Assembly (NCBI GenBank): GCA_965226825.1
Contig: CBDDED010000003.1
Coordinates: 2,566,033 to 2,630,032 of the forward strand
Direction: 5' to 3'
DNA length: 64,000 bases
From: Dehalococcoidia bacterium
GTDB lineage: Bacteria > Chloroflexota > Dehalococcoidia > Lucifugimonadales > UBA3495
The notes beneath the pieces were generated by a model that searched no databases, was not told the DNA's origin, and saw only the letters and a list, made by a program, of their open reading frames with translations. The first letter of the stretch is position 1, and each line of letters starts with the position of its first letter. This document shows positions 18,922 to 27,703 of this stretch, one piece after another. Both the position numbers and the translations under genes were made by a program.

Positions 18922-20172
18922 TTACTCATAGGCAATGCTAATACCAAGCGCGTTGTCGATACGATCCGCTCGGGAGAAGAGATCCCGGTCAAAGGGATAG
19001 ATCGGATCATATTTCCATCCTTGATGAAGACCATACGCTGTGTTGCCCCAGTACACGGGTCCACCGCTATCACCACCCGCAGCGTGACGCGCTTCCATTT
19101 CCACCAGATTACACATAAGTCCTTTGCAGACGTTTAGCTTACGCACTCTCTGACAGTATTTATGGGTTATTTCGCCATTTTGGCAAAGCAACTGCCCCAC
19201 CGATGGGCCTTGTATGTAGAGGACCGAGCGTTGGTCTGCTTGAGTTGATGAACTGTTGCCAGCGTAGAACTCGTTAGGCAAATCCAGGGGTCCCGAGTGC
19301 CACTGGAAGTCACCATGAGCGCCAACCAGATCATCCTCAAAAGTCAGACCCACTCCGTCATCGGTTAGAGAGTCGGGGCAGTGTCCAGCAGTAGAAATGC
19401 CCCTCACCCCCGATGAACTCACCGTCACGAATCCTGAGGTGCAGTCAGGGTCCAGGAATTCACCGCCCAGATGCTTAGAATTGTCATCATTCCCGCCAAG
19501 AACCGGGTCATCCGAGCGAACCACGGACGTCGTAATGCTGTTGACGATGCTTGCCCGAGTCGATTCTGTGAGCTTATTCGCCGCGATGTCCTGGAGATCG
19601 TCGACAACGGAGTCTGATGCAGTGTCCTCCAGGACCACATTTGTCGTAATTTTACCTGCCGTGTAGTCGAACGACGTGGACGAGTCGAGCGCCTCATCCG
19701 TTTTAAAAACAGCATAGTGGATTGCTTCAATCGCAGTTTTCAGTTCGACCTCTGTGAATCCCATGTCGACGCGTTTCTCAACTGAAATATCGCTGTGGGT
19801 ACCGCCGAAGCCATCGATCATCTCGCTTGCGTCGTCAGGAACCTGGCCCGCGAAAGCGACCCAGGCGCTATCATCACCCAAGATCGCAGCTCCAGCGAAA
19901 GCATCAGGAAACGCTTCACTAATTTGTGACGCAGCCAAAGCGAAATCGTCGTTCCACTCATAGCGCTCAGTTGCTTCCTCAAGAGTTATCCCCAATTGGC
20001 TAGCGACGGCCCTCAGGTCTTCCAATTCGGCGCTACTAATACCAGAATCGTTGGTACCAGATTGCCCTGACGGCGCAACATCACCAGACCGATCACCAAG
20101 CGGGACGGCGGCTATGATTCCCACGATTGCGAGAACGGCAACTATCGAAAGCACTATTCTCTTGAATAACAA
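18922..20172 (-). CDS. secreted chymotrypsin-fold serine protease (S1, alpha-lytic/streptogrisin-like) with long pro-region
   Basis: Catalytic motifs TAGHC and GDSGGPVY lie in the C-terminal ~190 aa. The signal peptide is MLFKRIVLSIVAVLAIVGIIAAV. I place the start at TTG 20172 (GAGGAGG SD at 20185..20179, 6-nt spacer) rather than the track GTG at 20223, which lies in a terminator U-tract. Confidence 0.85.
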   Translation of the reverse strand: MLFKRIVLSIVAVLAIVGIIAAVPLGDRSGDVAPSGQSGTNDSGISSAELEDLRAVASQLGITLEEATERYEWNDDFALAASQISEAFPDAFAGAAILGDDSAWVAFAGQVPDDASEMIDGFGGTHSDISVEKRVDMGFTEVELKTAIEAIHYAVFKTDEALDSSTSFDYTAGKITTNVVLEDTASDSVVDDLQDIAANKLTESTRASIVNSITTSVVRSDDPVLGGNDDNSKHLGGEFLDPDCTSGFVTVSSSGVRGISTAGHCPDSLTDDGVGLTFEDDLVGAHGDFQWHSGPLDLPNEFYAGNSSSTQADQRSVLYIQGPSVGQLLCQNGEITHKYCQRVRKLNVCKGLMCNLVEMEARHAAGGDSGGPVYWGNTAYGLHQGWKYDPIYPFDRDLFSRADRIDNALGISIAYE

Positions 20173-20223
20173 GGTTATCCTCCTCAGTGTCAACAAGTTA
20201 GACTTTATTAACGACGGAGACAC

Positions 20224-20251
20224 AAAAATCCCCGCCGTTTTCCGGACGGGG
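20224..20251 (-). terminator. intrinsic terminator (attenuator) inside the protease leader
   Basis: The minus strand reads CCCCGUCCG-GAAAA-CGGCGGGG followed by AUUUUUG, about 40 nt upstream of the protease SD. Confidence 0.6.
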
Positions 20252-20494
20252 ACTTGACAAAAGGGTACCTTTGGACCTAGCTTGCTCTCATCGCTTTCGA
20301 GCGGCAGGCTATGCCCGTTGTCATCCCCGACGATGGACTCCTGTGGATCCCCCGGTGAGTGCGCCGCCGTCTGAACCGGCGGCGTTCCTCTTTGTGGGGG
20401 ATCAGGTCTTAACCACTAGGTCCCGCCTGGGTCGAACCAAGCACACTTCATGATCCCCTCTCTCCTCATTTGGTTCCAAGGCCCCGGCATTCCA
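20252..20494 (-). promoter_or_regulatory. structured 5' leader RNA (candidate riboswitch or leader-peptide attenuator), class unassigned
   Basis: An 8-bp long-range helix (20416..20423 pairs with 20273..20280) encloses about 135 nt. Inside are a perfect 8-bp GC hairpin (20362..20384) and three G-rich boxes. The region has no long ORF and is followed by the terminator. Confidence 0.45.
20416..20451 (-). CDS. possible 11-codon leader peptide MKCAWFDPGGT
   Basis: ATG at 20451 is preceded by GAGGAGAGAGGGG. Its TAG stop (20418..20416) lies within the 5' strand of the long-range helix. It is too short to evaluate by composition. Confidence 0.25.
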   Translation of the reverse strand: MKCAWFDPGGT

Positions 20495-20500
20495 TCACCA

Positions 20501-20529
20501 GTTATCAACAACCTGGAAGCGAGTGTCAA
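20501..20529 (-). promoter_or_regulatory. candidate sigma70 promoter for the protease leader
   Basis: The minus strand reads TTGACA (20529..20524), a 17-nt spacer, then GATAAC (20506..20501). Confidence 0.35.
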
Positions 20530-20938
20530 CCTTCCACCCATGGACAATTACAGGATGCCGTGCAGGCTCCGGGCCGTTGCGTCCTGTCTAACTTGCTGCC
20601 CACACCCCCATACGCAACGGTGGCGGAAAATAACACACGGTTCGCAATGACACAAGGGTGTTATTTGGGTTGCCCGGAACATGAACAGGCCTGGCGACGG
20701 CGGCGGGCCAGGGCCATTCCCATCCATGATCCCACTTACGACTTCAACGATAGATGCCCGATACAATACTACTTCGGGTCCTCATATCAGATATCCTTGG
20801 ATTACAGACCGACAGTTGCCGAATTCAGCAGGCACCGACTGTTCGACAATTCTGCACGAAAAATAGGACTAAAAGACATTATTGTGCAAAGCCACGCCCG
20901 GGTAAGAAATCCGGCGTCCTCTAAGCGTGTCGCCGCAG

Positions 20939-21313
20939 CTAGGGAGCGCCGATGCCAGTCTCCGCCGACCAGGCTTGGAGGCCCCGCCGGAAGGCCAACG
21001 CTCCCATGGGGGCAATAACCGCCTGCAGCGCTTCCAATATCTCCCGTGGGGAAGCCCCTTCCTGCAGTGCAACCCTCACGTGCGCCTGTATCTGCTCCAC
21101 GTCCGCTCGGAGCGCCGCTTCTACCACTATCTGAAGCAACTCCTTGGTTTTCCGGTCCAACAGGCGCTGGCCGGTGTAGGTTGCCTCGATGAATTGGTGA
21201 TATTTCTCCGCCCATTCCAGGTCGGCTTCCGCCATGATCCGGTGCATTTCCAGGGTGTATCCCCGGTCCTGCTGGGTCCGTTGCAAAAAATCTCTGGCGT
21301 CATCGGTGGACAT
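20939..21313 (-). CDS. carboxymuconolactone decarboxylase (AhpD-like) family protein
   Basis: This is the 124-aa C-terminal part of track ORF 20939..21544, starting at MSTDDARDFLQRTQ with an AGGGGGA SD. The body (EWAEKYHQFIEATYTGQRLLDRKTKELLQIVVEAAL) resembles the CMD/AhpD fold. Confidence 0.7.
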   Translation of the reverse strand: MSTDDARDFLQRTQQDRGYTLEMHRIMAEADLEWAEKYHQFIEATYTGQRLLDRKTKELLQIVVEAALRADVEQIQAHVRVALQEGASPREILEALQAVIAPMGALAFRRGLQAWSAETGIGAP

Positions 21314-21377
21314 GGTTCCCCCTGGTGATTTCTTGGCTATTTCCTGTGTTTTTGCCGCGCCAACTTGAAGCGTGCAC

Positions 21378-22484
21378 CTAAAGGTTGTACTCACGCCGCG
21401 CGGCCGCTTGCCTGGAGTTGTTTTGCTGGAACAGATCTGGGTGGGCGTTTCGGGCCAAAGCCAGGTGGTATGTGAATAGCTGGATCGGCGCGACGTACAC
21501 CAGGGGGCTCCACAACTCCGGCATCTCGGGAAGCTCAAAGGCATTGCCGGCCTCTGCCGACAACTGGTCGTCCCCCTGCTGCACCAACGCCCACACCGCC
21601 GCCCCTACGGCTCTGCTGGCCCTGGCAATATCCAACGACCGCTGGTATCCCGGCCCCGGCGGCGCAACCAGCGTTACCAGGCAGTCCTGATTGACCGAAC
21701 AAAACGGACCGTGGAGAATCTGCTCCGTTTGAAGTCCCTCGCAATCCACGGCGCTGGTCTCCTTCATTTTCAGCGCCGCCTCGTAGGCGTTGGCGGTGTT
21801 GGGTCCCCAGGCGACAGTCAAAAATCTGCTCGCACCCTGAAAACGCTCCGCGGCTTCCCGTATTTCCCCCTCTTTCGACAGCACTTGGGAAATCTGTCCC
21901 GGCACGTCCCGCAACCGGGCCTGCAGCGTTGCCGCGTCGGGGCCATTGGAGCTGCTCCCGCCAAGGTTCGCGGCAATCATCGCCAGCACCGTCAGGGCGG
22001 ATGTGTAACTCACGGTGAAGGCGGCCGAGCGTTCCTGTTCCACGGTGTTTATCTCCAGATCGGCAACCCGGATCCGCGGTCCCGGATTGGTCGAGGTAAT
22101 CGCCAACGTAAAAGCGCCGCACGATTTGGCTAATTCCAACGCCAGGAACGAGTAGGTCTTGGTGCCCCGATGGCTGATGACAATCACCGCGTCTTCCTGG
22201 CTCAGGGGAGGCGGATAGGAGTGGAACTCGAAGGAATGCCAAGCCTGGACCTCCGGCAAGCCTTGGGCGAAACGCCGAAACCAGTGTTCCGCTATCAGCG
22301 CCGCGTGCCACGAAGTGCCGATCCCCACCAGGTAAATCCGCCGCTTGCTGGCCAGGGACTCTGACGCTTGCCGGACGGAATCGCCCTGGGTGTCCAGCAT
22401 CTGCCCCACGGCCCGCGGCTGGTCCAGGATGGCGTCGTGCATGAAGTATGGGTGCGTTTCCCGCGTTTGCTGTGGCTGCGCCAT
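21378..22484 (-). CDS. SIS domain protein (GlmS isomerase-domain/FrlB-AgaS-like sugar-phosphate isomerase or deglycase)
   Basis: It has two SIS-type repeats (RIYLVGIGTSWHAALIAEHWF and AVIVISHRGTKTYS, plus a second half). I chose ATG 22484 (GAGG 9 nt upstream) over TTG 22499. Confidence 0.75.
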   Translation of the reverse strand: MAQPQQTRETHPYFMHDAILDQPRAVGQMLDTQGDSVRQASESLASKRRIYLVGIGTSWHAALIAEHWFRRFAQGLPEVQAWHSFEFHSYPPPLSQEDAVIVISHRGTKTYSFLALELAKSCGAFTLAITSTNPGPRIRVADLEINTVEQERSAAFTVSYTSALTVLAMIAANLGGSSSNGPDAATLQARLRDVPGQISQVLSKEGEIREAAERFQGASRFLTVAWGPNTANAYEAALKMKETSAVDCEGLQTEQILHGPFCSVNQDCLVTLVAPPGPGYQRSLDIARASRAVGAAVWALVQQGDDQLSAEAGNAFELPEMPELWSPLVYVAPIQLFTYHLALARNAHPDLFQQNNSRQAAARREYNL

Positions 22485-22602
22485 GGCTGGACCTCGCAAT
22501 ATATCCAGTGGTTAACCCGAGGGCAACAGGTGGCATGGTACAATTTGCCAAGCCGCCCGGTCATCACCCAACAGAAATCGGCACCCCCCAAGGAGGCGCC
22601 CC

Positions 22603-23238
22603 ACGCAACCACCGTATCCGGCAGACGCGTTCCAACGAGAAGACGAAAGCGACGACGGCCTGTTCTATACCATGCCCAGGCTGGTCGTCCACATCGACGA
22701 TTCTGCCATCGCCGCCGTGTCCCAGCTTTTCCGGGACTTGATACTCCCAGACTCGGTCGTCCTCGACCTCATGAGTAGCTGGCGGTCCCACTGGCCCAGC
22801 GGCCACGCCAAGACCCGTCTGGTTGGACTGGGGATGAATGCGGTGGAAATGCGTGAGAACCCCGACCTTGACGACCATGTTGTCCACGACGTGAACCAGG
22901 ACCCCAACCTACCCTTCCCGGACGACTCCTTTGACGCGGTGGTGATAACCGTTTCGGCGCAATATCTGACGCGTCCGGTGGAGACCTTCGAGCAGGTGAG
23001 CCGGATCCTCAAACCCGGCGGGGTGTTCATCGTATCATTTTCCAACCGCATGTTTCCCACCAAGGCGGTGCGCATCTGGCGCATGGGGAATGACCAACAG
23101 CACATCGAGCTGGTGGAATCCTACATGCGGGCGGCGGGCAACCTCCAAGACTTCCACTCCGGCCTGGTCAATCCCGAGCAAAGCCCGCCTGGCGACCCTT
23201 TATTCGTCGTGGTCGGCCGAAAGACGCCTGCTCCGTAA
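22603..23238 (+). CDS. class I SAM-dependent methyltransferase (Methyltransf_11-like); start codon unresolved
   Basis: The body includes VVLDLMSSWRSHWP, FDAVVITVSAQYL and ILKPGGVFIVSFSNRMFPTKAV. The track start ATG 22672 has no SD and would cut off the conserved in-frame AFQREDESDDGLFYT. AAGGAGG at 22590..22596 is followed after 6 nt by an in-frame ACG at 22603. Confidence 0.75.
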   Translation, partial: TQPPYPADAFQREDESDDGLFYTMPRLVVHIDDSAIAAVSQLFRDLILPDSVVLDLMSSWRSHWPSGHAKTRLVGLGMNAVEMRENPDLDDHVVHDVNQDPNLPFPDDSFDAVVITVSAQYLTRPVETFEQVSRILKPGGVFIVSFSNRMFPTKAVRIWRMGNDQQHIELVESYMRAAGNLQDFHSGLVNPEQSPPGDPLFVVVGRKTPAP

Positions 23239-23265
23239 CAAGAACTGGACGGCGGGCGAATATTT

Positions 23266-24759
23266 CTACCGGTCTCTGGCCAGAAAAGTGTCCACTGCCT
23301 TGGTGGCCCTGGTGTAATCGTAGGTAGCGAACCGGCGCTGCCGCAGCCGGACTACGTCACCGTTGAAGAATCTTTCGTACAGGGTTTGCCTGGACCCGAA
23401 TTGCGTGCCCGTCAGGTCCCACGCTAATCGAAAGAGCGCTATCCTTTCCGTAGCATCCAGATTGGCGCCGCTGTAGAATTTGCCGATCTCATCCGCCAAC
23501 TCGCCGTGGACGTCCTGTTCGGTAGGAGTCAGCATCAGGCCTCCCGCCGCCAACTGCTCCACTATCCAGATAACCCGCACGTAGGCGTCCGGGTACCAGT
23601 TCCGCATCGCAATCCAGGGCTCGGGAGCGGGCCAGATTCCTTCGCCCTCTATCTTCTCTCCTTTAAGCCCGGTCACTTCCCCGTTCATTTCAAGGAATGC
23701 GGCGTCGGCCTCGGCAGCCCTCATATAAGAGCGCACCGTCTCCAGAATGTCCACGATCTCCGCTATTTTCTCCTGCACGTGGCTGAAAACCTCTATGCCA
23801 ATGCCCAAAGCGATGCGATGAGTTATGCCCAGAATGAACTCAAGCTTGGCGATGTTCTTCACCGCTACCTGCTGCATGTACTGGCGCCACATGGGAACTG
23901 CCTGCAGGGCAAGGTTCGCCAATTCCATATCCTCAAACTGGAAGACCCTGCCCCAGGGAATCAGCACGTCCTCAAACACGGCAAGGGCGTCCATTTCGTC
24001 GTAGCGGCCGGACAGGGGGTAGTCATACAGCGACTCGCCAAAGTCGTGGGACTGCCGGCATATAAATTTCAACCCGGGCGTGTTTACGGGGATCGAGAAA
24101 CCCACGCAGTATTTTCTTTCATCCTCGGAATCGATGTTCAAAGGCCGGTAAACCGGACAGAAAATTTCATCGGAAAACGGCGCCAGCGTCGCCAACTGCT
24201 TGGCGCCCCGGACAATGACTCCATCATTGGTGGTGTCCACCACGCCCATGGCAGTGTACTTGTCGGCCAACTCGCTGACCGCCAACCCCCGGTTAACCTG
24301 GGGATGCCCGAAAGCATGGGTCAGGCAAAGGTCCCGCTCCCGCACGTATTCGTGGTACTGTACCAGGTTGTCCCCGTAGCGGGGGTTGTTGCAGCCGTAC
24401 AACCCCGCCATCTGGCGCATCGATGTAAGTTGGATGTTTACGTAATCCGGCGTCCGTCCCAGCATCCCGAAGGAATCAGCGGCCACGATTTCCAGAGCCT
24501 TCCGACGCGCCAGCAAGTCCTCTTGGGACTGGGGGATGATGTAGGACAATGCCGCCGGTTGGCCGCTGGAAGGGGACTTGAAGCTCATGTGCTCCTGGTT
24601 TTCGGCCCTGTGTTGCAGGTCGTAGACGCCAGCCAGGGTCGCCGCCATGCGGGCTAATTTTGGGTGGGTGACGACGTTGGCCACGCGCTCCCCTTCCAAC
24701 CAGATTTCCCGCCCGTCCTGGAGTCCCATCAGGAATTGGGCGCCGGTCCGCAAGGCCAT
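23266..24759 (-). CDS. HpaB-family (group D) flavin-dependent monooxygenase oxygenase component / 4-hydroxybutyryl-CoA dehydratase-like
   Basis: This is a 497-aa protein starting at MALRTGAQFLMGLQDGREIWLEGERV, with a GGGGGAA SD. The overall architecture is HpaB-like. The track start at 24819 looks over-extended. Confidence 0.7.
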   Translation of the reverse strand: MALRTGAQFLMGLQDGREIWLEGERVANVVTHPKLARMAATLAGVYDLQHRAENQEHMSFKSPSSGQPAALSYIIPQSQEDLLARRKALEIVAADSFGMLGRTPDYVNIQLTSMRQMAGLYGCNNPRYGDNLVQYHEYVRERDLCLTHAFGHPQVNRGLAVSELADKYTAMGVVDTTNDGVIVRGAKQLATLAPFSDEIFCPVYRPLNIDSEDERKYCVGFSIPVNTPGLKFICRQSHDFGESLYDYPLSGRYDEMDALAVFEDVLIPWGRVFQFEDMELANLALQAVPMWRQYMQQVAVKNIAKLEFILGITHRIALGIGIEVFSHVQEKIAEIVDILETVRSYMRAAEADAAFLEMNGEVTGLKGEKIEGEGIWPAPEPWIAMRNWYPDAYVRVIWIVEQLAAGGLMLTPTEQDVHGELADEIGKFYSGANLDATERIALFRLAWDLTGTQFGSRQTLYERFFNGDVVRLRQRRFATYDYTRATKAVDTFLARDR

Positions 24760-25039
24760 TCTCGTTCCCCCAGGCGGCGGCCAACTGCCGGTTCCGCCAA
24801 TTCCGAGCAATAGTAGCATGGGGCATAGACGCCAACAAGAAGTCCCAGAACCCGCACAGCGGACCGATTTCAGCCTGCTGTTTGCGGCCGGTCCGGCGCC
24901 TGGAACCGGGGCATTCGGAGACCCTCGAAGATTTGGGCTGCGTCACCACTAGTCCAATCCTGCACTCAAGCCGGGGCAAAACAATTGGCGCGCCACGACG
25001 CCACTATGTATACTGCCACAAAGGAGCTTTTGAGGACTC

Positions 25040-26782
25040 ATGCCGCGTTCTTTTCGCCTGGCCCTGGCTCAAATCAACACCACCGTAGGTGACATTCCGG
25101 GCAACACCGCCAAGATTTTGGAATACCTGGATCGGGCCCGGCAGGCCCATGCCGATCTTGTCGCTTTCCCCGAATTGGCCATCACCGGCTACCCCCCCGA
25201 AGACCTGGTCCTCCGGCCCGCATTCCTCAAGGACAACCTGGCCGCCATGGAACGTGTGGTGGCCGCGTCCCAGGGAATTGCGGTTCTGGTGGGATTCGTC
25301 AGTGTGGACCCGGATACTGCCAATGCCGCTGCCTTGGGGTATGACGGGGAGTTGGTGGACATCTACCAAAAGATGCACCTGCCCAACTACGGGGTATTCG
25401 ACGAAGACCGATATTTCATGCGGGGCAGCACCTGTCCCGTCTACACCATCAATGGCGTAAAGGTCGGAGTGGGGATTTGCGAAGACCTTTGGTACTCCGT
25501 GGGCCCAATTGCAGTGCAACGGGACTCCGGCGCCGAAGTCATTGTCAACATTAACGGCTCACCCTTCCATTCGGGGAAACGGTTCCAACGGGAAAGCATG
25601 ATCGCCACCCGCGCCGCCGACAACGAGTTGTTCGTCGCCTACTTGAACGCGGTTGGCGGCCAGGACGAGTTGGTTTTCGACGGCGCCAGCCTGATCTACG
25701 ACAGCGCCGGGGACCTGGTAAAACGGGGACCCTCCTTTCAGGAAGACTTGATCCTGGCCGACCTGGACATTGAGTCGGTGCTGCGGACCCGGCTGAGGGC
25801 TCCCCGGACCCGGAAAGAAAACACCGCCATTTTGAAGGAAATCGGCGAGTCCAAGATAGTCCATGTTTCTCCACCAGGACGCGAAGCGCCACCAGCCCTG
25901 CCGGTCGACGCAGCCATAGACCCGCCGGGACCGGTGGAAGAGGTTTACCAGGCCCTGGTGGTGGGAACGAGGGATTACCTGACCAAGTCCGGGTTCCAGA
26001 AGGTGCTGGTAGGCCTTTCCGGCGGGATAGACTCGGCCCTGACCGCCGCCATCGCCGCCGATGCCCTGGGCCACAAAAACGTGGTTGGCGTCTCCATGCC
26101 CTCCAGGTACTCGTCTGAAGGAAGCATAACCGACGCTAAGGAGTTGGCCCGCGCCCTCGACATCGATCTCTGGGTGGTGCCTATCGGACCCGCCCACGTC
26201 GCCTTTGCCAACATGCTGGAACCCTACTTCCGGGACACCCAACCCAACACGGCTGAAGAAAACGTTCAGGCGCGTATTCGGGGCAACATTTTGATGACCA
26301 TCTCCAACAAATTCGGTTGGATGGTGCTGACCACCGGCAATAAGAGCGAAATGGCCATGGGCTACGCCACCCTGTACGGCGACATGGCCGGAGGTTTTGC
26401 AGTCATCAAGGACGTGCCTAAGACCTTGGTCTACGAGCTTTGCGAGTGGCGCAACCAGCACGGCAAGCCTCACCCGGTGATTCCGCAAGCCATTATCAAC
26501 AAGCCACCCAGCGCCGAACTCAAGGAAGACCAGTTGGACCAGGACACTCTGCCAACCTACGAACTGCTGGACCCCGTGGTGAAAGCCTACGTGGAGCAGG
26601 ACAGCAGCTACGAAGAAATGGTGGCAATGGGGTTTGACCCTGCAATCGTAGCCCAGGTAATTAGCTACGCCGACCGCAACGAGTACAAGCGCCGGCAAGC
26701 TCCTCCGGGCGTGAAAATTACGCCCCGGGCATTCGGCAAGGACCGCCGCCTGCCCATCGTCAACCGCTACCGCCAAACCTGA
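25040..26782 (+). CDS. nadE: glutamine-dependent NAD+ synthetase
   Basis: This 580-aa protein has an N-terminal nitrilase-type CN-hydrolase domain (ICEDLWY) and a C-terminal NAD synthetase domain with the SGGIDS P-loop. Confidence 0.9.
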   Translation: MPRSFRLALAQINTTVGDIPGNTAKILEYLDRARQAHADLVAFPELAITGYPPEDLVLRPAFLKDNLAAMERVVAASQGIAVLVGFVSVDPDTANAAALGYDGELVDIYQKMHLPNYGVFDEDRYFMRGSTCPVYTINGVKVGVGICEDLWYSVGPIAVQRDSGAEVIVNINGSPFHSGKRFQRESMIATRAADNELFVAYLNAVGGQDELVFDGASLIYDSAGDLVKRGPSFQEDLILADLDIESVLRTRLRAPRTRKENTAILKEIGESKIVHVSPPGREAPPALPVDAAIDPPGPVEEVYQALVVGTRDYLTKSGFQKVLVGLSGGIDSALTAAIAADALGHKNVVGVSMPSRYSSEGSITDAKELARALDIDLWVVPIGPAHVAFANMLEPYFRDTQPNTAEENVQARIRGNILMTISNKFGWMVLTTGNKSEMAMGYATLYGDMAGGFAVIKDVPKTLVYELCEWRNQHGKPHPVIPQAIINKPPSAELKEDQLDQDTLPTYELLDPVVKAYVEQDSSYEEMVAMGFDPAIVAQVISYADRNEYKRRQAPPGVKITPRAFGKDRRLPIVNRYRQT

Positions 26783-26904
26783 CGCCCGTGCCCATCGGTT
26801 GGCCCGTTTGTTTTGCCGCCCGATGGCGTTATACTAACTCTTGACTGCTTGGGGCCGCGTTGGCGTGACCCCAATCCCTCAAACCAATTCTACCGAGGTG
26901 AGTC

Positions 26905-27483
26905 ATGACGCAGACCAAGGCTTACACCATGGAGGCATTCGTCGACGACGCAAGAGCGGTTTTTGCGTCCACCAAGGACCCTCGGACCCAGGCCCAACAG
27001 ATCGCCCGCAACATGACAACCCTGTTGGCCGAGCCTGACTGGCTGGAAGAAAAGCTGAACCTGCCGGCGGAGGGAGGTTTCGGGCGGGTCGACCTTCACC
27101 AGGATGAGGAGTACGGGCACCCCGACGGCGGATTCCTCCTGATGTGCGGAATCCAGCGCCCAGGTCAGGACAATCTGCCCCACGACCACGGCACAACCTG
27201 GGTAGTGTACGGAGTTTACAGCGGGGCCATCGAACAAACCAAGTGGCGTTGGTCTTACCCCGAAACCGACCGGACTTCCCCGGAAATAAAGCCCCTGGAG
27301 AGCTGGACCCAAGGCGCCGGGGACATTGCGTTCTTCCTGCCGGGAGAGATTCATAACACCCGGTGTGTCGCGGAAGACCGGGCGCTGGTTATCCGGCTGG
27401 AGGGGCGGAAGCTGAGCGGCATGCTCCGCCACCGGTACGACCCCGCCACCAACAAGGCTGAGGTTTACGCCTCCGACAATTAG
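26905..27483 (+). CDS. cupin-fold protein (cysteine-dioxygenase-like metal site), function unknown
   Basis: This 192-aa protein has a GAGGTGA SD. His-rich cupin motifs include LPHDHGTTWVVYGVYSG and GEIHN. Confidence 0.5.
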   Translation: MTQTKAYTMEAFVDDARAVFASTKDPRTQAQQIARNMTTLLAEPDWLEEKLNLPAEGGFGRVDLHQDEEYGHPDGGFLLMCGIQRPGQDNLPHDHGTTWVVYGVYSGAIEQTKWRWSYPETDRTSPEIKPLESWTQGAGDIAFFLPGEIHNTRCVAEDRALVIRLEGRKLSGMLRHRYDPATNKAEVYASDN

Positions 27484-27703
27484 CGCGCGGCGTTAACTTC
27501 CTGCCCAGCAAACGCGGGCAGACCATGCTGGAACCCATTTTGGCCGGGGATTCCCGGATTCAGATCCCCTAGTCCAAGATGGGTTCGCATTTTTTCGGCC
27601 AGCTACCGGTTACCCTCCGGGGAGCTTTACCGAAGCCGCCCGTTCCTGGGCCTTGGCGGTAGTCTTATGGAAATCCGGTAACGAGGTCATTTAGACACAG
27701 GTT

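Noticed and set aside
17600-20230. Possible anti-phage defence system: vapBC plus a membrane protein plus a serine protease
   Set aside because: The protease has a classical secretion signal and pro-region, so it is extracellular. The vapC gene is disrupted. No NTPase, nuclease or sensor genes are present. It is reported only as an islet.
20255-20450. Possible tRNA, tmRNA, SRP or RNase P gene, suggested by a GGTTCGAC T-loop-like motif at about 20430..20445 (minus strand)
   Set aside because: There is no acceptor-stem or anticodon-arm geometry and the loop is 6 nt rather than 7. There is no CCA or tmRNA tag region, and no SRP domain IV or RNase P conserved boxes. The region is treated instead as a cis-regulatory leader.
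20470-21018. 182-aa plus-strand ORF (and neighbours 20271..20453 and 20450..20650) in the non-coding part of the islet
   Set aside because: The sequence is Arg/Pro/Cys-rich and has no SD. It overlaps the AhpD-like gene on the opposite strand and the promoter and leader region of the protease.
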